Source: an uncultured Candidatus Rokubacteria bacterium
Lineage (GTDB): Bacteria > Methylomirabilota > Methylomirabilia > Rokubacteriales > DASRDR01
Direction: 5' to 3'
Assembly (NCBI GenBank): GCA_963708025.1
Contig: CAVPSB010000015.1
Span: forward strand, 192,001-256,000
DNA: 64,000 bases
Below are positions 60,942 through 64,000 of the stretch, piece by piece. The translations under genes were made by a program, and so were the position numbers. Numbering within the stretch: position 1 is the stretch's first letter; each line of letters opens with the position of its first letter. Below the pieces are notes generated by a model. That model did no database searches and was not told where the DNA came from. It was given only the letters and a program-made list of their open reading frames with translations.

Positions 60942-62354
60942 ATGGCGAACGACGAGCTGTGCTGGCTGTCCGCGACTGCCCTGGCCGGCCTCATCCGCAA
61001 GAAGAAGGTCTCGCCGGTCGAGGTGGTGGACGCCGTCCTCGACCGTCTCGCGCGCGTGAACCCGCGCCTGAACGCCTACGTCGCGATCACCGCCGACAGC
61101 GCCCGGAAAGAGGCCAGGGCCGCGGAGCGCGCGCTCACGCGGAAGGGCGCGCGGCCCGGACCGCTCCACGGCGTGCCCTTCTCGGTCAAGGATCTCGTCG
61201 CCACCCGGGGCGTGGCGACGACCTTCGGCACCCCGCTCTACAAGGACAACGTGCCGGGCGAGGACGCGCCGATGGTGGAGCGGCTGAAGGCGGCCGGCGC
61301 GATCATGCTGGGCAAGACGAACACGCCGACCTTCGGGTGGATCGGCGCGACCCACAACCTGCTCTTCGGCGTCACCCGGAACCCCTGGAACCCGGAGCGC
61401 ACGCCGGGCGGCTCGAGCGGGGGCGCCTCGGCCGCGGTGGCGGCCGGCCTGGGTCCCCTCGCCATCGGCACCGACGGCGGCGGCTCCATCCGCATCCCGG
61501 CGTCCTTCGCCGGGATCTTCGGGCACAAGCCGTCCTTCGGGCGCATTCCCGTCCATCCGCCCAGCGCCGCCTGGAGCCTCTCCCACATCGGGCCGATGAC
61601 GCGGACGGTGGCCGACGCCGCCCTGATGCTGAACGTCGCGGCGGGTCCCGACGAGCGGGACCAGCACTCGCTCCCCGCCGAGCGGGTGGACTACGTGAAG
61701 GCGCTGCGCGGAAGCCTGGCGGGGTTGCGGGTCGCCTGGAGCGACGATCTCGGATTCGCCGAGGCCCTCGACCCCGAGGTGCGGGCAGCCTGCGCGAAGG
61801 CGGCCGGTGCGTTTCGCGAGCTCGGCTGCCGGCTGGAGACGGTGCGCCCCGGCTGGCCCTCGCCCCGGGAGTGCTGGTTCGAGATCTTCGGCGGGGGCAT
61901 CGCGGTCCGGCTGGCGCCGTACCTCGACCGCAAGAGCGAGATCGACCCGGGCCTCTATCGCATCATCGAGCAGACCCTCGCCAACCCGCCCACGAAGTAC
62001 GTCCAGGCCTGGTTCGACCGGCTGGCGTGGGCGCAGCACCCGCGCGTGCTCTTCGAGAAATACGACCTCCTGCTGACGCCGACCGTCGCCTGCCCGCCGT
62101 TCCGGGTCGGCCTCGACAACCCGACGGAGATCGGCGGCCAGCCCGTCCGGCCCTACGCCTGGGTGCCGTTCACCTACCCCTTCAACATGACCGGGCAGCC
62201 GGCCGCCTCGGTGCCGGCCGGCTTCACCCGGGACGGCCTGCCGATCGGGCTCCAGATCGTCGGGCGGCGCTTCGACGACGCCGGGGTGCTCCGGGCCGCG
62301 GCAGCCTTCGAGCGCGCTCGCCCGTGGGCCGACCGCCGGCCGCCCGAGCCCTGA
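60942..62354 (+). CDS. Amidase signature family protein
   Basis: GPLHGVPFSVKD, GKTNTP, GGSSGG, GTDGGGSIRIPAS. Confidence 0.95.
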   Translation: MANDELCWLSATALAGLIRKKKVSPVEVVDAVLDRLARVNPRLNAYVAITADSARKEARAAERALTRKGARPGPLHGVPFSVKDLVATRGVATTFGTPLYKDNVPGEDAPMVERLKAAGAIMLGKTNTPTFGWIGATHNLLFGVTRNPWNPERTPGGSSGGASAAVAAGLGPLAIGTDGGGSIRIPASFAGIFGHKPSFGRIPVHPPSAAWSLSHIGPMTRTVADAALMLNVAAGPDERDQHSLPAERVDYVKALRGSLAGLRVAWSDDLGFAEALDPEVRAACAKAAGAFRELGCRLETVRPGWPSPRECWFEIFGGGIAVRLAPYLDRKSEIDPGLYRIIEQTLANPPTKYVQAWFDRLAWAQHPRVLFEKYDLLLTPTVACPPFRVGLDNPTEIGGQPVRPYAWVPFTYPFNMTGQPAASVPAGFTRDGLPIGLQIVGRRFDDAGVLRAAAAFERARPWADRRPPEP

Positions 62355-62357
62355 GAA

Positions 62358-62546
62358 CTAGCGGGCGGGGCCGATGAGCGTCGCATCGCGGCCTCGGCGG
62401 CTCGTCCTCGGTCGTCGCCGATCCTCGGCGTACTCGGAGTACGCCTGCGGTCGGCGACTCCCTGCGTCCTAGCGCTGCTCGCTCCTCGGCCCCGCCCTCG
62501 AGAACTTGACTCGTCTACCATGACTTTGGCGCGTCAAGGAATCTAG
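62358..62546 (+). repeat. Structured repeat family A, copy 8
   Basis: CTAG-CGGGCGGGGCCGATGAGCG...GGCGTACTCGGAGTACGCC...CGCTCCTCGGCCCCGCCC...GAACTTGACTCGTCTACCATGACTTTGGCG...CTAG. Confidence 0.9.
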
Positions 62547-62595
62547 GGAAGTCCGTCGTGGACGGGCTCGACTCCTGACCGGGGAGGCCTGAGGC

Positions 62596-64000
62596 GTGGG
62601 CGAGACCCGCGTCGACCTGCTCCACCTCCTGGAGGACCTGCGGGACGCCTACCCCGGGGCTCTCGAGGAGACGATCCTGACCGAGGTCGTGGCCAACGCG
62701 CTCGACTCCGGCGCGACGCGGGTCGATCTCGCCACCGACCCGACGGCGGCGGCGCTCACGGTCGTCGACGACGGGGCCGGCATGAAGCGCCGGGAGCTGG
62801 CCCGCTACCACGACATCGCGGCCACCACCAAGGTGCGCGGGGAAGGGATCGGCTTCGCGGGGGTCGGGATCAAGCTCGGGCTCCTCGCCTGCGAGGAGGT
62901 GGTGACGGAGACGCGGCGGGGCAAGACCCACGTGGCCACGAGCTGGGGCCTCGCCTCGCGCCAGCGCGCCCCCTGGCGCTGGATCCCCCCGCCGGGGCTC
63001 GTCGCCGAGCACGGCACCGGCGTCCGCCTGACGCTCCGGAACCCGCTCTCGCCGCTGCTCGACGCCGGCTTCGTCGCCGGCGCGATCGAGCGGCACTTCC
63101 AGCCCCTGCTCGATTCCCTCTTCGACGAGTGCCTGGCCCGGCACTACCCGCGCGGCGTCCGCTTCGTCGTGAACGGGCAGCCGCTCGCCCGGAGCGGCGG
63201 CGCGACCGAGCGGGCGGCGCTCGCCATCCGGATGGGACGCAAGCGGAAGCCGGTGGCGGTCGGCTACCTCGTGCGCACGGGGGGGCCGCTGTCGGAGGAG
63301 CAGCGCGGGGTCGCGATCAGCACGCTGGGGAAGATCATCAAGCGCGGCTGGGACTGGCTCGGCGTCGCCCCGGCCGCGCCCGAGCTCATCCACGGCGTCA
63401 TCGAGGTGCCGGCACTCGCGGCCTGTCTCACGCTGAACAAGGTCGACTTCATCCGCGCCGGCCCCCGCGGCGCGAGCTACCTGGCCTACCGGAAGGCGAT
63501 CCAGGAGGCGGTGTCGGCCCAGCTCGCCGCCTGGGGCGACGCACCCGACCGGACCGCGGAGGCCCGGCGCCGGGCGCGGCCCGTCGAGCGGGATCTCGAG
63601 CGCGTGCTCGTGGATCTGGCCGAGGAGTTCCCGCTCCTCGCGAGCCTCGTCGAGCGGCACGCCGGCGGCCAGACCCGGCTCCCGACGGGACGGGCCGGCG
63701 AGGGGCTCGAGGCGACGGAGGTCGCGCTCGGATCGCTCCTCGTGGCCCGAGCCGAAGCGGAGGCGGCGACCCCCGGGGATCGGGGCGCGTCCGGCTCGCC
63801 CGGGGACGCGGCCGGCTCCGGGGCCGGGGCGGCGCCCGGGTCCGAGCCGGCGGCTTCGCCGGAGCGGCCGGCGGGTGCCACGCCACTGCCGGGAGGCCGG
63901 GGCCCGCGGCGTCCCGGGCGCTACGGGCTCAGCATCCAGTTCGAGAGCCGGCCGGACGAGTCCGAGCTGGGCCGGCTCGTCGAGTCCACGGTGTGGGTCA
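62596..64000 (+). CDS. GHKL-family (HATPase_c_3/MORC-like) ATPase, 3'-truncated by window edge
   Basis: Absent from the ORF track because it has no stop in the window. GTG start after GGAGG: ETRVDLLHLLEDLRDAYP...TEVVANALDSGA...VDDGAGM...GIGFAGVGIK (Bergerat-fold motifs). Confidence 0.8.
   Translation, partial: MGETRVDLLHLLEDLRDAYPGALEETILTEVVANALDSGATRVDLATDPTAAALTVVDDGAGMKRRELARYHDIAATTKVRGEGIGFAGVGIKLGLLACEEVVTETRRGKTHVATSWGLASRQRAPWRWIPPPGLVAEHGTGVRLTLRNPLSPLLDAGFVAGAIERHFQPLLDSLFDECLARHYPRGVRFVVNGQPLARSGGATERAALAIRMGRKRKPVAVGYLVRTGGPLSEEQRGVAISTLGKIIKRGWDWLGVAPAAPELIHGVIEVPALAACLTLNKVDFIRAGPRGASYLAYRKAIQEAVSAQLAAWGDAPDRTAEARRRARPVERDLERVLVDLAEEFPLLASLVERHAGGQTRLPTGRAGEGLEATEVALGSLLVARAEAEAATPGDRGASGSPGDAAGSGAGAAPGSEPAASPERPAGATPLPGGRGPRRPGRYGLSIQFESRPDESELGRLVESTVWV

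Overview
A very GC-rich bacterial window, roughly 70% GC by eye. The gene content and a small DRR/ERR-motif protein suggest Candidatus Rokubacteria/Methylomirabilota, but this is a low-confidence inference. Many genes are broken by small indels, including housekeeping genes (cox, pdhC, rnd), which points to long-read consensus errors; I rebuilt these genes across frames. Positions 1-18660 hold the most interesting locus, an apparently uncharacterised trans-envelope redox cluster. It contains an outer-membrane beta-barrel, a ~10-heme lipoprotein with LVIVD repeats, a tetraheme cytochrome, a NuoE-NuoF fusion, an Fe-S protein with two embedded cNMP-binding domains, a His-rich membrane protein, a membrane-anchored decaheme cytochrome and a secreted double GlcG/HbpS protein. 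An orphan secretin and an IS interrupt it. The rest of the window encodes LigD, BtpA, an O-methyltransferase, a Gfo/Idh/MocA enzyme, RNase D, a caa3 oxidase operon (subunit I/III fusion), a sigma54 two-component circuit with visible enhancer and -24/-12 sites, HOT, EttA, a cyclase, a DUF222-HNH / IS91-remnant / solo attC patch, a second LigD-type polymerase, transport and redox genes, a 2-oxoacid dehydrogenase operon, an amidase and a truncated GHKL ATPase. Eight copies of a covarying, modular hairpin element are all co-oriented with the upstream gene; seven start at or just after its stop codon, and most ends carry CTAG/YTAR. Two further hairpin repeat families are present. I saw no rRNA, tRNA or CRISPR array.
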